Source: the human T2T-CHM13v2.0 reference genome, Homo sapiens
Length of the DNA stretch: 64,000 bases
Strand: one strand, 5' to 3'
Assembly: GCF_009914755.1 (NCBI RefSeq)
Contig: NC_060932.1
Made by a program: the position numbers and the translations under genes. The first letter of the stretch is position 1. Each line of letters begins with the position of its first letter. The notes beneath the pieces were generated by a model. The model made no database searches. It saw only the letters and a list, made by a program, of their open reading frames with translations, and was not told where the DNA came from. Below are positions 42,470 through 64,000 of the stretch, in pieces.

Positions 42470-42783
42470 GGCCAGGTACAGTGGCTCACGCCTGTAATCT
42501 CAGCACTTTGGGAGGCCGAGGCAGGCGGATCACGAGGTCAGGAGTTCAAGACCAGCCTGACCAATATGGTGAAACCCCGTCTCTATTAAAAATACAAAAA
42601 TTAGCCGGGCATGGTGGCACGTGCCTGTAGTCCTAGCTACTCAAGAGGCTAGGCAGAAGAATCTCTTGAGCCCGGGAGGTGGAGATTGCAGTGAGCCAAG
42701 ACTGTGCCACTGCACTCCAGCCTGGGCAACAGAGGTCAGACAGACAGACGGAGGTCTCAAAAAAAAAAAAAAAAAGAAAGAAA
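42470..42783 (+). mobile_element. AluS (Sg-like)
   Basis: Full Alu; TSD gaaagactgtga. Confidence 0.92.
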
Positions 42784-43701
42784 GACTGTGATGCCAGAGA
42801 TTAGCGTTACTCCTTGTACATCCAGAGGGCAATGCAAGGACATGGAGGTGGCAGGGGACCATGTATTAATTTATTAATTAGGACTCTTTCACAACAGAAT
42901 GGGCTACCTAGCGAGATGTACCCCTTCATGGAGAGTATTCATGGAGAAGCTGGAAGATCATTGTTCTGCCTGGATTAGAAGGATCAAATAGACCAATGGT
43001 TCCCAAGTACCTGTCCAGGTATGACAACATTTCTACTGATCAATGACAAAACAATAAAAAAATAAAGAACAAAGAACAAAGTCATGAGTTTTCCCTAGAA
43101 CTCACTTGATTGAATTGAAAGGATTTCTCTTAATTCTAAGATTATTCAAAATTAACCTTTCCTACTTTTTCATTGGTAGAGTATCCTCTCTTCTAGGAAA
43201 TGATGGTGGCAGGAAATGATGATAGCTATTGCTTTTGTAATAAACTGACTTGACAAAAGAAACAATAGCATCAATATGCTGACTACACCAATTTTGTCCT
43301 GTTAGTGGTTCATCGAATTCAAATTGGGGAACTAGACTAGATGAACTCAGAGTTGATCCAGTTGTTGAAGCCAAAAATGCAAGGGTCATCCTTGAATCTT
43401 CTCCTTCTCTCCACCCAACACCCAGCCATCAGCATGTCATGTTGATTCCATGTCCACAACATGTCTCCAAAGTGACCATTCTCTCCTGCATGATGACCCT
43501 AGCCCCCATCGTCTCTCTTACCAGGACCAGTGCAACAGGTTCCTGACCCCACTCCCTGGTTCCACTCTTTGCCCCTTACTGTAATTCATTCTCTGTTCAG
43601 CAACTAGACCAATTTCAAATGCAAATTAGGTCATGATCTCCTCCTTGAAGCCCTCAAATAGCTTCACATTCCACCTAGAACAAAATCCAAATTCTTTACT
43701 A

Positions 43702-44042
<341 letters not shown>

Positions 44043-44325
44043 CTACAAGACCTTGGCCCTGCCTCCCACACCAGCCTCAGTTTATCCTTTTATCCCCCTT
44101 GGCCTTTCAGTCCCTCAAACACAGCAACCTGGACTCTGTGTTAGGATATGGAATCGTTGTTCCTTCTAATTTGAATGCTCTTCCCCCAGGTCTTCCCAGG
44201 GTTGATTCCTTCCCCTGACCATTCTGACCTCAAATGTTACCTCCTTAGAGAAGTCTTACAAGACCATGTGACTTTAAGCAGCCCTCCCCTACCCCTCCCC
44301 ATATATATATATATATATATATATA

Positions 44326-44633
44326 ATTTTTTTTTAAGAGACAGGGTTTTACTATGTTGCCCAGCTAGAGTGCAGTGGCTAGTCACAGATTCAATCCCAC
44401 TACTGATCAGCACAAGAGTTTTAACCTGCTCCGTCTCCAACTTGGGCTGGTTCACCACTCCTTAGGCAACTGGGTAGTCTCCGCTCACATGAGGTCACCA
44501 TATTGATGCTGAATTTAGTGTGGACATCCAATGGACATAGCGCACTACAGCCCAGAAATCCTAGGCTCAAGCAGTCCTCCCCACTCAGCCTCCCATGGAG
44601 CTGGGACCACAGGTGCATGCCACTACCCCAAGT
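44326..44633 (-). pseudogene. Full-length 7SL (SRP RNA) retropseudogene
   Basis: Alu ends plus S domain ('ctactgatcagcac...ggttcaccactccttaggcaac...ggtcaccatattgatg'), T tail. Confidence 0.93.
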
Positions 44634-44943
44634 CCCTCTTTATCAATGAGATACAGTTTTGTTCTTGTTTTCTTGTGACACATATTTATAAAATTGAAAT
44701 TGTCTTTGCATGTTTCTTGCCTATCTTCCCCCAATAAGGAAAGCTCCCTAAGGGCAGGAGCCACATCTGCTTGCCCATTTCTGTCTTCTCAGCTAAGGGA
44801 ACAGTACCTGGCAGTTGAATGAATGAATAAAAGGTACTCTCCAACTCTAACTTTCCAGGACCCATTTTCTCTTCCAAAATATCTTTCTATGAGCAAATAC
44901 ACTTAAAGAAAGCATTACTGTATTTATTAAAGAAAAGAAAGCA

Positions 44944-45548
<605 letters not shown>

Positions 45549-45759
45549 CTAGCTCTGATCCAAATCAAAATATAATTTGTAGTAATGTTGCTGTTTTGTT
45601 TTATGGTGAGATGGGGGTTGTGGTAACTTTTTCCTCTAAGAACAAGTGGAACCAATGTTCAAAGAGAAGAAAAATATGAGAGTTTCTCAAAAATGCTGAT
45701 GTCTCCAAATGTACTCAGAGATGGAATAAGAAATGATGTAAGAATTAAAATGCCTATCA

Positions 45760-45890
45760 CAATAACTAGCATTTAGATTATTCCATTCTAGGCACTGTCC
45801 TAAGCACTGTCTGCTAATTTGTTTAATCCTCAACACAACCCTATAAGAAAGACACTATTATTATCCTCATTTTACAGGGAAGAAAAACTG
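45760..45890. mobile_element. MIR
   Basis: 'aggcactgtcctaagcact...tttaatcctcaac...attattatcctcattttacag'. Confidence 0.7.
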
Positions 45891-46359
45891 ATCAATTTAG
45901 CTTCAAGTTATCTACAGGAAAAAAAAATGACCAAGATACTGACATTGTTTCTTGCACTTTATGACTTTCATTAGATGGATCAATGCTCATTCCAATCTTT
46001 TTTCTGTCCAGCTTCTCTCGGCATGGTTGCAAAAGCGGAGAGAGGGGAAATCTTCATTCCTTTCTCATTCAAAGATTAATTCCAGTAATACATATAATAT
46101 ACTATGTCCTATAATTTTTTGTAATAATGTCAATTTTTAACTTTTGTGAGACAAGTTATGCAATAAGCATAGCCAAAAAGGATGCACAAAATAAAGTGCA
46201 ATAGCTACAGGAAAACGGGAAAATTATGCCCATTCCATTTTCCATTATTGCAGCAATCTGTTGAAAAGCAGACTCTTCAATGTGCAGAGGGTCAGGATTT
46301 TGTCAGGAAAGAACTACACAGCTGCTCCCAATCTGGCTCCAAGCAAGGACCACCTGAGA

Positions 46360-46680
46360 GCTGACTCCGCTGAGCGAGGCCCCGGCTTCCTTTAATTGAC
46401 TCTCTTCCGCCCCGTTCATTAACATATGTCACTCTACAAGACCGAGAAGGAAAGCACTCCTTTTTTAAAAGTGCCTCTACACTCAGAAGGATAACCCTTA
46501 GAGTCTGGCCTGGATAACACCTTTTACGTGGCAGTGCGCCGCAATATGGCGTGCTAGCACCTCTTCATCTGGAGCTCCATGGCATATGGCTACACGCAAA
46601 AGAAAAAAAGAAAAAGAAAAAAGATATTCCCAGATTAACTGGCTCATCGGGTAGGAGTGACACATGCAGCAAGGTGAGAA
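46360..46680. promoter_or_regulatory. Candidate cis-regulatory element (non-repeat CpG-retaining patch)
   Basis: About 12 CpGs in ~300 bp; GC-box-like ccgccc, tacgtg and YY1-like aatatggcg. Confidence 0.35.
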
Positions 46681-47134
46681 GGGTGCAGGGGATCAGCATT
46701 CAGGATGTGTGAAAGAGGCATTTTTCCATTTCTCTAACAGTGAGAGACCCTCATCAAAAAAAAAAAATGAGAAGTTCCAGGTCTTGGACAAATTCACAAA
46801 GGCTACAGTGATTGAGTGGGTGATGCTGGTGTGTCCTGTTGTCCTAAGAACAGGAGAAGCTGAGGTCACAACTTGGCCTCTGAGCTCATGCTGAATCTGA
46901 GAGTTTAAGAACCAGCTTTCAGATCAATTTCTAAATGGGCAAATTTAATGTATTGCCATTTAGAGCCAAGAAACAAATTCCTTTTATAGAATGCATTTGT
47001 GTTCCAGGGAGATGCCGTGCGTGTCGGCTTCAAATTACTGACTGGCTTTTGCTTCCCAAGAATTCAACATGCCATTTTAAGCTTATCTCTGTCTTTTTAA
47101 AGACAAATTTTAAATTTATTTTAAAAAGTAAATG

Positions 47135-47600
<466 letters not shown>

Positions 47601-48024
47601 GTTTTACTTGGGAAAGAAAAAGTAGATGGAGACATATTTGAAAGTTTCAGCTTTAACAATAAAGTGCAAAGACATTATGCTTACAATAGTAATTTTACAT
47701 AAATATGTATGCTTTAATATTAAATGACAAAAGAGCAAACAAGGAGGACAGTGAGTAAAACAAATCTGAAATAGTTCGTTTTCTTGCATAATGTTCCCAT
47801 GGGAACCCACAATGTTCACTAAGAGAGTCAACATGGAGGCGTTTTTTAATGAAGGTTGGGTTCAAAATATTGACTACAATAAAAGGTTAATTGAGGAATA
47901 GTAATAAATCAAATATCTTAAATTTTTGGTTATTTTAATTGTCTAAAATAATAGGAAATATTGCGTTTCAATTAAATTCCAAATCATTTTTAAAATCCCT
48001 TAAAAGTTGTCAGATTTGTTTGGA

Positions 48025-48340
48025 ATCATCAATAGAACAGAAAAAAGTAAAAAATAAACCCAGACTTATATAGACATTTAGTATATGGTAAAGGTGGACT
48101 TTCAAATAAGCAAAGAAAAGATAGGTTAACCAATAAATAATATTGTGACAATTGAGTGGCCATCTGAAAAATTAAAATTAAAAATAAGAGATCCCTATCT
48201 TATCCTACATAAATTCTAAATGAATCAAAGATTTAAGTGTAAAAAAGAAGAAACCATAAAAGTATAAGAAGAAAACATGTTAAGTTTAAACACTAGAGGA
48301 AATAATTTTTTAAAAAAGAAAGAAAATACAGAGAAAACAT
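48025..48340 (+). mobile_element. Old L1ME ORF2 fragment
   Basis: 'atcaatagaacagaa', 'ataaattctaaatgaatcaaagatttaag', 'aaaccataaaagta'. Confidence 0.6.
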
Positions 48341-48847
<507 letters not shown>

Positions 48848-48943
48848 TTAACAACCATAAGACAGAGAGGAAGAAGTTTTGTCCTTCAGAGAGTAACAGA
48901 AAACACTTGACATGGTTCAGACCCAAAGATTAAAAAACTGAGA

Positions 48944-49287
<344 letters not shown>

Positions 49288-49386
49288 TTAGTATGTTATA
49301 ATTATTGATAATGCACTATTGTTAAGTGTATTTATATTACTTTTTATTAGCATACATGAAATACTGGTATACACAAGTCAAAATAA

Positions 49387-49726
<340 letters not shown>

Positions 49727-50185
49727 TATGTCCATACTCTTAACTAATGCTGTTTGTACAAGTATTTTCACTAGAAACAGCAAAATGGCCAAAGAACTAA
49801 GTATAGTCATGTGCCACATAACAGCATTTGGGTCAATAGGGGACTGCATATATGACGGTGGTCCCATAGATTACAATACAGTATTTCTATACTGTACCTC
49901 TCTATGCTTAGACATGTTTAGATACACAAACATGATTACCACTGTGTTACAACTGCCTACAGTATTCAGTAATGTGGTGAAACATATAAATGTTGTTCCC
50001 ATAACGTTCCCATAACATGGACATGGTGATCCCATAAGATTATGATAGAGCTGAAAACTCCATTATAGCACAACGATGTTGTAGCACAATGCATTATTCA
50101 TGTGTGTTGTGGTGATGTTGGTATAAACAAACCTACTGTGCTGCCAGTAGAGGCATATAGCACATATAATTATGTATAGACATAA

Positions 50186-50533
<348 letters not shown>

Positions 50534-50871
50534 TATAATATACTTTTTATTATTATCTTAGAGTGTACTCCTACTTATAAAGAAATTTACTGTAAAACAG
50601 CCTCAGGCAGGTCCTTCAGGAGGTATTCCAGAGGAAGAATACCTTTGTTATCATAGGAGATGACAGTTCCATGCATGACAGCTCCTAGGGTACCCTGAAG
50701 ACCTTCCAGTGACAAGGTGTGGAGGTAGAAGATGGTGATATTGATGATTTTGACCCTCTGTAGGCCTAGGCTAATGTGTTTGTGTCTTAATTTTTAACAA
50801 AAAAGTTTAAAAAGTAAAAATTTTAAAACAGAGAAAAAGCTTATAGAATAAGGATATAAAGAAAGAAAACT

Positions 50872-51008
50872 GGCCAGGCACACTGGCTCACACCTGTAAC
50901 CGCAGCACTTTGAAAGGCCAAGGCGGGAGAATTGCTTAAGTCCAGGAGTTCAAGGACAACCTGGGCAACAAGCTAAGACCCCCTCATCGCTATTTAATAC
51001 AATAAAAA
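50872..51008 (+). mobile_element. FLAM / Alu left monomer
   Basis: Single monomer. Confidence 0.8.
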
Positions 51009-51083
51009 GAAAATATTTTTATACAGCTATACAATGTGTTTGTGTTTTAAGCAAAGTGCTATTACAAAATGGTTGAAAATTTA

Positions 51084-51437
<354 letters not shown>

Positions 51438-51490
51438 GTAAAGTTACAGTAAGCTAAGGTTAATTTATTATTGAAGAAAGAAGAGTATTT

Positions 51491-51610
51491 GCCTATGTCC
51501 ATACCACCTTGACTGTAGCCAGTCTCTTCTGATCTCAGAAACTAAGCCAGGTCAGGCCTGGTTAGTACTTGGATAGGAGAATCCTAGGACTACTGAGTGC
51601 TGGAGTCTTT
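51491..51610 (+). pseudogene. Full-length 5S rRNA pseudogene
   Basis: 'ccataccacc...ctgatctcagaaactaagc...ggcctggttagtacttggat...gtgctg...cttt'; flanking repeat gaaagaagagt. Confidence 0.93.
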
Positions 51611-52123
51611 AAAGGAAAGAAGAGTGCTGCTTTATAAATTAAATTTTATATTAATAATAGTAATAAAAAATTATTATTATTAATAGTAATAATCTCTTGT
51701 TATTAATAATAGTAATAATGTATTGGTAGTAATAATAGTAATAATGTGTTGTTATTATTAAATGCTTTATTATAATATATAAAGTCACTCAACTCACCCA
51801 GAACAACTTCCAGTCCTGTGAGTTCCATTCACGGTAAGTGCCCCCTATACAGGTGTACCATTTTTTGTCTTTTATACTGTATTTTTACCGCACCTTTTCT
51901 AGTTTGGATACACAAATACCATTGCATCACAGTTGCCTACAGTATTCAGTACAGTAACATACTGTACAGGTATGTAACTATATCACGGAGCCCAGGTGTG
52001 TAGTAGTCTATACCATCTAGGCTTGTAAGTGTACCCTGTGATGTTCACACAATGACAAAATTGCCTAATAACTCATTTCTTAGAACATGTCCTCATCATT
52101 AAGCAACACATGACTGTATGCAT

Positions 52124-52137
52124 ACACACACACACAC

Positions 52138-52168
<31 letters not shown>

Positions 52169-52174
52169 TGTATG
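52124..52174 (+). repeat. (CA)n/(TATG)n microsatellite
   Basis: Direct observation. Confidence 0.9.
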
Positions 52175-52315
52175 AATGTATAATTTAAGGAGTCAATTAA
52201 CCATAACAGGCAATTGACAGTAACAGTTAAGGCCATGGGACCTGGGGTCCTCGGTTTGGAATCCCCATTCCATCACTTACTGTGTGACCCTGAGGAATTT
52301 ACTTAACCTCTCTAA

Positions 52316-52981
<666 letters not shown>

Positions 52982-53334
52982 TACTATTCTTCAGTTTATT
53001 TACTTTGTTCATCAAATATTTAGTGAGATTCAATTATCTGTCAGTGCCTGGAGAATAAGGTGAACCAGGTCCCACCTCCATAGAAATCTAATGTGCAAAC
53101 AGGATTTATGCACTCTAGGTACAGTCTAAGCCGGGTCTAGCTCATCGTCAAATAACCTTCAAATATCCAATACATATTTCCAATGAGACATGACTTTTGC
53201 GAGTGTTTTACTGGATCATAGTTGTCATGGAAATAGGAGTGAGTTAATATTAGTATTACCTAGCATATGGTAAAACTATGATTATGAAGAAGATGTTATT
53301 CATGCAATTGTTTAAATTGTTTAAATTTCTGTGA

Positions 53335-53653
<319 letters not shown>

Positions 53654-54107
53654 GATCCTGAATTTTTTTACATTTTTATTTATTTAATTGTAGGGAAAAA
53701 CCTTGTTTTTAACAAAAGCATTTCCCCTTGACTGATTAAGTACCCATATAGTCAAAATACATGGGTACTTAATCCTGGGGATTTTGCCAGGCTTTAGCCA
53801 TAGCGCTGGACCCAAAGTCTCACTATGCATTGTATGTTTACAATGCTACACTCAAAATAAAAAATACAAAAATAAGGAACAGAGCTGAATGTATAGCCAC
53901 CTCAGGAGATACTTAAGATTGTTTTTATTTATTCCTTTTTAATAAACTTACAATGTGACTTTCTTAAGAGTGGCTTGCTTTACGAAATCAATACTCAGCA
54001 AATATTTGAGTATTTGATAAAAAATATACTAAATGCTAAAATGTAGACTTGGAAGTGGGGCGAATTTGAAGATTCCAAACAACTGGTTCCCAGTTAATAG
54101 AGGTTTT

Positions 54108-54271
54108 AGCTGGGCGCAGTGGTTCATGTCTGTAATCCCAACACTTTGGGAGGCCGAGGCAGGTGGTTCACCTGAGGTCAGGAGTTTGAAACCAGCCTGA
54201 CCAACATGGTGAAACCCTGTCTCTACTAAAAATACAAAATTAGACGGGCGTGGTGGCAGGTGCCTGTAATC
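54108..54271 (+). mobile_element. 3'-truncated AluS
   Basis: Stops at 'cctgtaatc', followed by a C run. Confidence 0.88.
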
Positions 54272-54790
54272 GCCCCCCCCAGAAAATGGAAACCCTTCTA
54301 TCTTTGTGAAAATTATGTAAAAATGACTTCCTCTTGTTAGTGGAGCAGGCTGCCTGCCTCCCTCCTGCTGTGCAGAACTATGTCGGACTGTAGCCATGCA
54401 GGAGCCTTTTCTACCTAGTAACCAATAAATAAAAAATTAAAAAAAAAAACAAAACCCTTTGTCATTGGCCAGATCTCTATTTGGAAATAGGCATAAATTC
54501 ACTAGCCTTACTTTAGCTACTGGAATTGCATCTTAGCAGAGAGAGAAGGAAAAGAACACAGCTTTTTAGAGCACATTATGCATCTAACTAGTGTGAACTT
54601 CACAGCAGACTAGTCATAGCAGATAAGTGAAGACGAAGAAAAAGTAGTACTTAATGACACAGCACATTTACCTCTTTAATTCACAGAAACGTCTGGTGTT
54701 GTCCTAGTTCATGTAGCCCAAAGTGGGCCAGGGGATAGATTTTAAAAAGCAACAACACTTTGGCTTGATATTTTGTTTAAAAACAATGTT

Positions 54791-55110
54791 AGCCAAGCGT
54801 GGTGGCTCACTCCTGTAATCACAGCACTTTGGGAGGCTGAGGTGGGAGGATCACTTGAGACCAGGAGTCAGGAGTTAGACACCAGCCTGGGCAATACAGT
54901 GAGACCCTGTCTCTACAAACAAACAAAAAAATTAATTTAAAAATTAGCAGGGTGTGGTGGCTCATTCCTGTGGTCCCAGCTACTTGGGAGGCTGAGGTGG
55001 GAGGACTGCTGGAGCCCAGGAGTTTGAGATTGCACTGAGCTATGATCTCACCACTGTACTGCAGCCTGGGTGATGAAGACAGACCTATCTGTAAAAAAGA
55101 TAAAATAAAA
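54791..55110 (+). mobile_element. AluJ
   Basis: Dimer; TSD taaaaaacaatg. Confidence 0.88.
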
Positions 55111-55630
55111 TACTTTGAAAAATAAAAAACAATGATGTGAGCTCATCCAGAGAAAGTTTGTAGAGAAAGCCCTTCAGGTGTCCTGTGTTGGCCAGCTCAG
55201 AATGAGGGAACTAGCACCAATACTTTGAATTTTCCTTCCTAGGGCTCCTTTTTAAGGCTTTCACAGCAGCTTTACTCATTTCATATTCATCTTCCCAAGA
55301 ACCCTCTATTGGACTAGTAGGATTTATACAAGAAACTTGGCCATAGAGGGATTTAGTGACTTGTCCAAGGTCAAAGTGAGTTTTCAACTAGTCCAGGAAT
55401 CAAGTCCAGGTTTCCAGCCCTACTGGCAGATCCCCCTTCACATACTGGAAAACATTCTTTCCTTCACCCATCCCTTGCCCTGTTCTATTCTCAGACTGTG
55501 TTGATGCCCACGCTGAAAATAGAATCTCCCTACCACTGCCAGAGCTCTTCTCGTCACTGCCGGGCAGTGGGAGAGTTATAAGAAGGTGGCAATGGCCCAT
55601 TCGGGCTTATCTCCAGAACTGCCCCCAATT

Positions 55631-56141
<511 letters not shown>

Positions 56142-56379
56142 CTACCCTGGCACCCACACACAGGATTATCTCAAAGGTAACACCTTCACCCAGGACACAA
56201 GGAGCAACACACAGATGTCTTTCCTTCCAAAACCTAGGAAAGTTCTTTTCAACTCAATTATGCAAAATGATTCTGCAATGAATACCTCAGATAATTAGGC
56301 TCCTAGGTATTTTATAGACTTTTTTTTTAACTGCAATGATATTTATGGATTTTTTTCCAAATACAAAAGTAATATATAT

Positions 56380-57861
<1,482 letters not shown>

Positions 57862-58075
57862 TAAAACCTGCTTGTTGCAGAAACTTCAAAAAAGAACATA
57901 ATCGCCTGTAATTCTATATGCAAAGGCAATTGCTTTTAACAGTTTGAGCTATGTGCTTCCAATATTTTTCTATGGCCATATGGACACATTTTTCTACTTA
58001 AGCAAGCACAGTATCATAGAACAGGTACCATTCTATGCTCTGATTTTTTACCTTGACAACATTAATTGAAAAATC

Positions 58076-58761
<686 letters not shown>

Positions 58762-58769
58762 TGTATTTA

Positions 58770-59720
<951 letters not shown>

Positions 59721-59949
59721 AGTTATCATCTCTTAGTGATTTTTAAAAGCAATTTCATTATTAATTATACCAATCCTTTCATATATGTAGAAAAAATGTT
59801 TGAGTTGGTCATCTGTCTTTTATTGAAGATGCATTTCAAATATCAAATATATTTGAAAGATAAAATAGCATCTGTGAAATTGAATATTATTTTATGTGCG
59901 CTTGGCTATGCCCTAAAATGTCAGTTTATTATCCCTAAAGACGTATTTA

Positions 59950-60805
<856 letters not shown>

Positions 60806-60859
60806 CCAAGTGTAGCACTCTAGCTGAAACAAAAAAGGAAGTGGTGAAGGGTGCAGACT

Positions 60860-61045
60860 TTAATAATAATAATAACAATTTTATTATATTATATATTGCA
60901 AAATATTATAATTGTTATATTTATGTTATAAATAGAATGTATTATAATATTTACATTTATATTATAGATATGATATATAGTCATTGTATTTAAAATAGTA
61001 TATGTATTAAATATATTATTATATTTAATATAATAATTATAATAA
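60860..61045. repeat. AT-rich low-complexity tract, followed by a MIR (~61050-61250)
   Basis: Almost pure A/T; MIR core 'ataattgaggaagtgaggcctaacagaggt'. Confidence 0.75.
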
Positions 61046-61916
61046 CTAACCTTTATTCAGCATTTTACTATGCACTTTATATGCATTTTGTCATATAGTT
61101 CTCCCAGTAACCCTTTAGAAGCTACTATTAATATTTCCAACTTATAATTGAGGAAGTGAGGCCTAACAGAGGTCCAATGACTAGTAAATGCTATCGTTGG
61201 AGGCCTGGTCTCATACCTCAGCCTGAATTCTCAAACACTAAACATTACCTCCTCCCCTGGACAACTTGCCCAGCTTCTGCAAATCTCACTTTCCGTACTT
61301 GGTCTTTTGAATATGAAATGACATCATGCACATGTGGTGTTTACACAGGCCTAGCATACAATAAATACACCCTCAACAAAGGCATGGCATCACCCTGATC
61401 ATCTTCATCATCACCGCCTGGCCTCTAACACACCTCAAGAGCTGCCCCAGCATATCAGTGCACCGTTCTATACCAGCAGACATTTTTTCCTAATCATGCC
61501 TCACCATGAAATTTTAATACTACGGATATACCATGTATCTCTGTATGTACTGTGGCTCTTTGGAAGCCACAAACCATTGTAATATCTGTTGAAATAAATA
61601 TCTGTGATTTTTTTGTCCCTTCTCTCCCCAGAATTAATTCCCACCTCTTAGTAATGATGTTCCCCCTTCACCCTCTCAAATCTCCCTCCTGAGAAGGCTT
61701 GGTCTATGTTACCTGGAAATCCTCTGATGAGCCTGTCTTCCATGTCAAGACCCACACCCTAATGTGGTTCCTCTATACAATATTGCCAAGGCAAGCCACA
61801 AGCAGATGCAGGACCATCCACTTAAAACCCAGCCTCAATTCAGACATGTAAAAGCTCCACAAAAACAAATACACAAATTAAGGCAAATATATTGATCACC
61901 TATTTTTTTAGTTCAC

Positions 61917-62686
<770 letters not shown>

Positions 62687-63414
62687 CCGTCACTGATAAT
62701 TTTTGAAAAGTTGAGCCTGGTCAAATTATCTTGTCTGGGTTAAATCGACATGACCTTCCATGAGTTTAACACACCATTATATGATATATAATCAATCTAA
62801 TTATGAAAACTGATTAAGAAGTGATGCTACATAATAGCTTAGAGTTATTAAACCATTGACCAATGAGTCTTCTGCATTCCCTGCAAGACCACAAATTTTT
62901 CAGCATTCTACATTTTGTTTTAAAGAATCTAATTTTCTGCTCAAGGTCAGAAAAATCCTGTGTTCATTAACTGGGATGGAGTAGGTCTTTGCTGAGTATT
63001 AAGAAATAAAAATGATCATTTAGCAGCTAGGAAAGAGGATAATCCATTGCTGAAAATAGTGCCCTCAATCAGCTTGGAAGGTTCACTATGGAAGAAAATG
63101 TACCCAGGCAAACATCCAGTGACTTACCACCTCGCCAGAATAGTCCTCCTCCTGATGTGTGTTTTGGACTCCATTCTTTTTATACCAAACACAGCCCTGC
63201 CTCACCCTCAAATTCTTTCTAGTAAATTATGCTTTGGTAGCATGACTTCAATCTACAACAAGGAAATATTAAAAGAACCACATGGCATTCATATTTATCA
63301 TAAGAATGTTGTAGAGGATGTTGGTCACTGCACAATACGATGTCTCCTACTAGACAGTAGAAATTATCTTTGGTTTCAGCCCCAGGGATAGTTGTACTTC
63401 CCCTTAGCAGCCTG

Positions 63415-63685
63415 TTTATTTTTAGATACACACCATGAACCATAGATTCTTGGCATTTGCAGATTTGATCTTTGCATGTTCAGCTATTCAAAAGAGACAT
63501 GTCAGTTGCTTAACTCACAACCACTGTAAAGCCAGGATGTGATATGAAACTCTTGCTAATGAGTGAACCTGACATCTCAGTGCACGTTAGGACAGCTTTG
63601 CTGTTCATCAACACGTGCTGAGGGACTGTCACTGTTCTTCGCCACACTGTCCTGTCTGATTCCACCATCCTCCTCGGGCTGGTTG
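63415..63685 (-). other. Possible terminal exon of a minus-strand gene entering from the right
   Basis: Acceptor-like 'ctctctttgagctttttag|caacc' at 63687/63685, short open frames, AATAAA on minus strand at 63420-63415, CpG retention. Confidence 0.25.
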
Positions 63686-64000
63686 CTAAAAAGCTCAAAG
63701 AGAGTTTTATGCCCCGCTTCTGACTGTATATTCTGGGCTCTAACCTCATCCTTCGTAACGATTCCATCCCAATGCAAATAAGTTAGAGTTTCTAGGTGCC
63801 CTTCCCAAGGGCCCAGTGGTCTGCACAGTGTCACTTCACCCTGAACAAGGTCACCTGGGAGCTGGGCTCAGCAACAGGACAAAACTGAGCGTCTCACCCC
63901 TGCTCAGAGCCACCTCACGAACAGAAATGTTCGCTTCATGGGAAGAGCTCCGTCTTGGTGGAAGAGAGAGATGAGGGATGAGGGAAAATAGGAGGAAGTG

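Noticed and set aside
54290-54460. Possible processed mRNA 3' end (AATAAA, A run, aaaccctt repeats)
   Set aside because: AATAAA abuts the A run with no spacer, the putative TSD is only 8 bp, and I do not recognise a source.

Overview
Primate (human-like) non-coding genomic DNA, intronic or intergenic, dominated by interspersed repeats. By eye there are about 70-75 Alu elements or fragments (roughly a third of the window), one near-full-length but inactivated L1PA (28838-35298), a young internal L1 ORF2 fragment (359-1329), many old L1M/L2/MIR pieces, MaLR/ERVL LTRs and DNA transposons (Tigger3-like, MER53, MER58). Three small-RNA retropseudogenes are recognisable: U2 5' fragment, 7SL and 5S. 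No intact protein-coding gene is supported; almost all listed ORFs are Alu- or L1-derived. The only gene-like hint is a possible minus-strand terminal exon at about 63415-63685. I found no new multi-gene system. The most unusual observations are mechanistic: (1) a 237-bp inverted self-copy inside the L1 bracketed by 14-bp inverted repeats; (2) a near-perfect 35-bp-stem pre-miRNA-like hairpin plus several other template-switch hairpins; (3) a TSD-less, tail-less L1 insertion; (4) a 35-nt micro-retrocopy with poly(A) and TSD; (5) a twin-primed old L1MA. Subfamily names come from remembered consensus sequences, and boundaries are approximate unless exact motifs are quoted.
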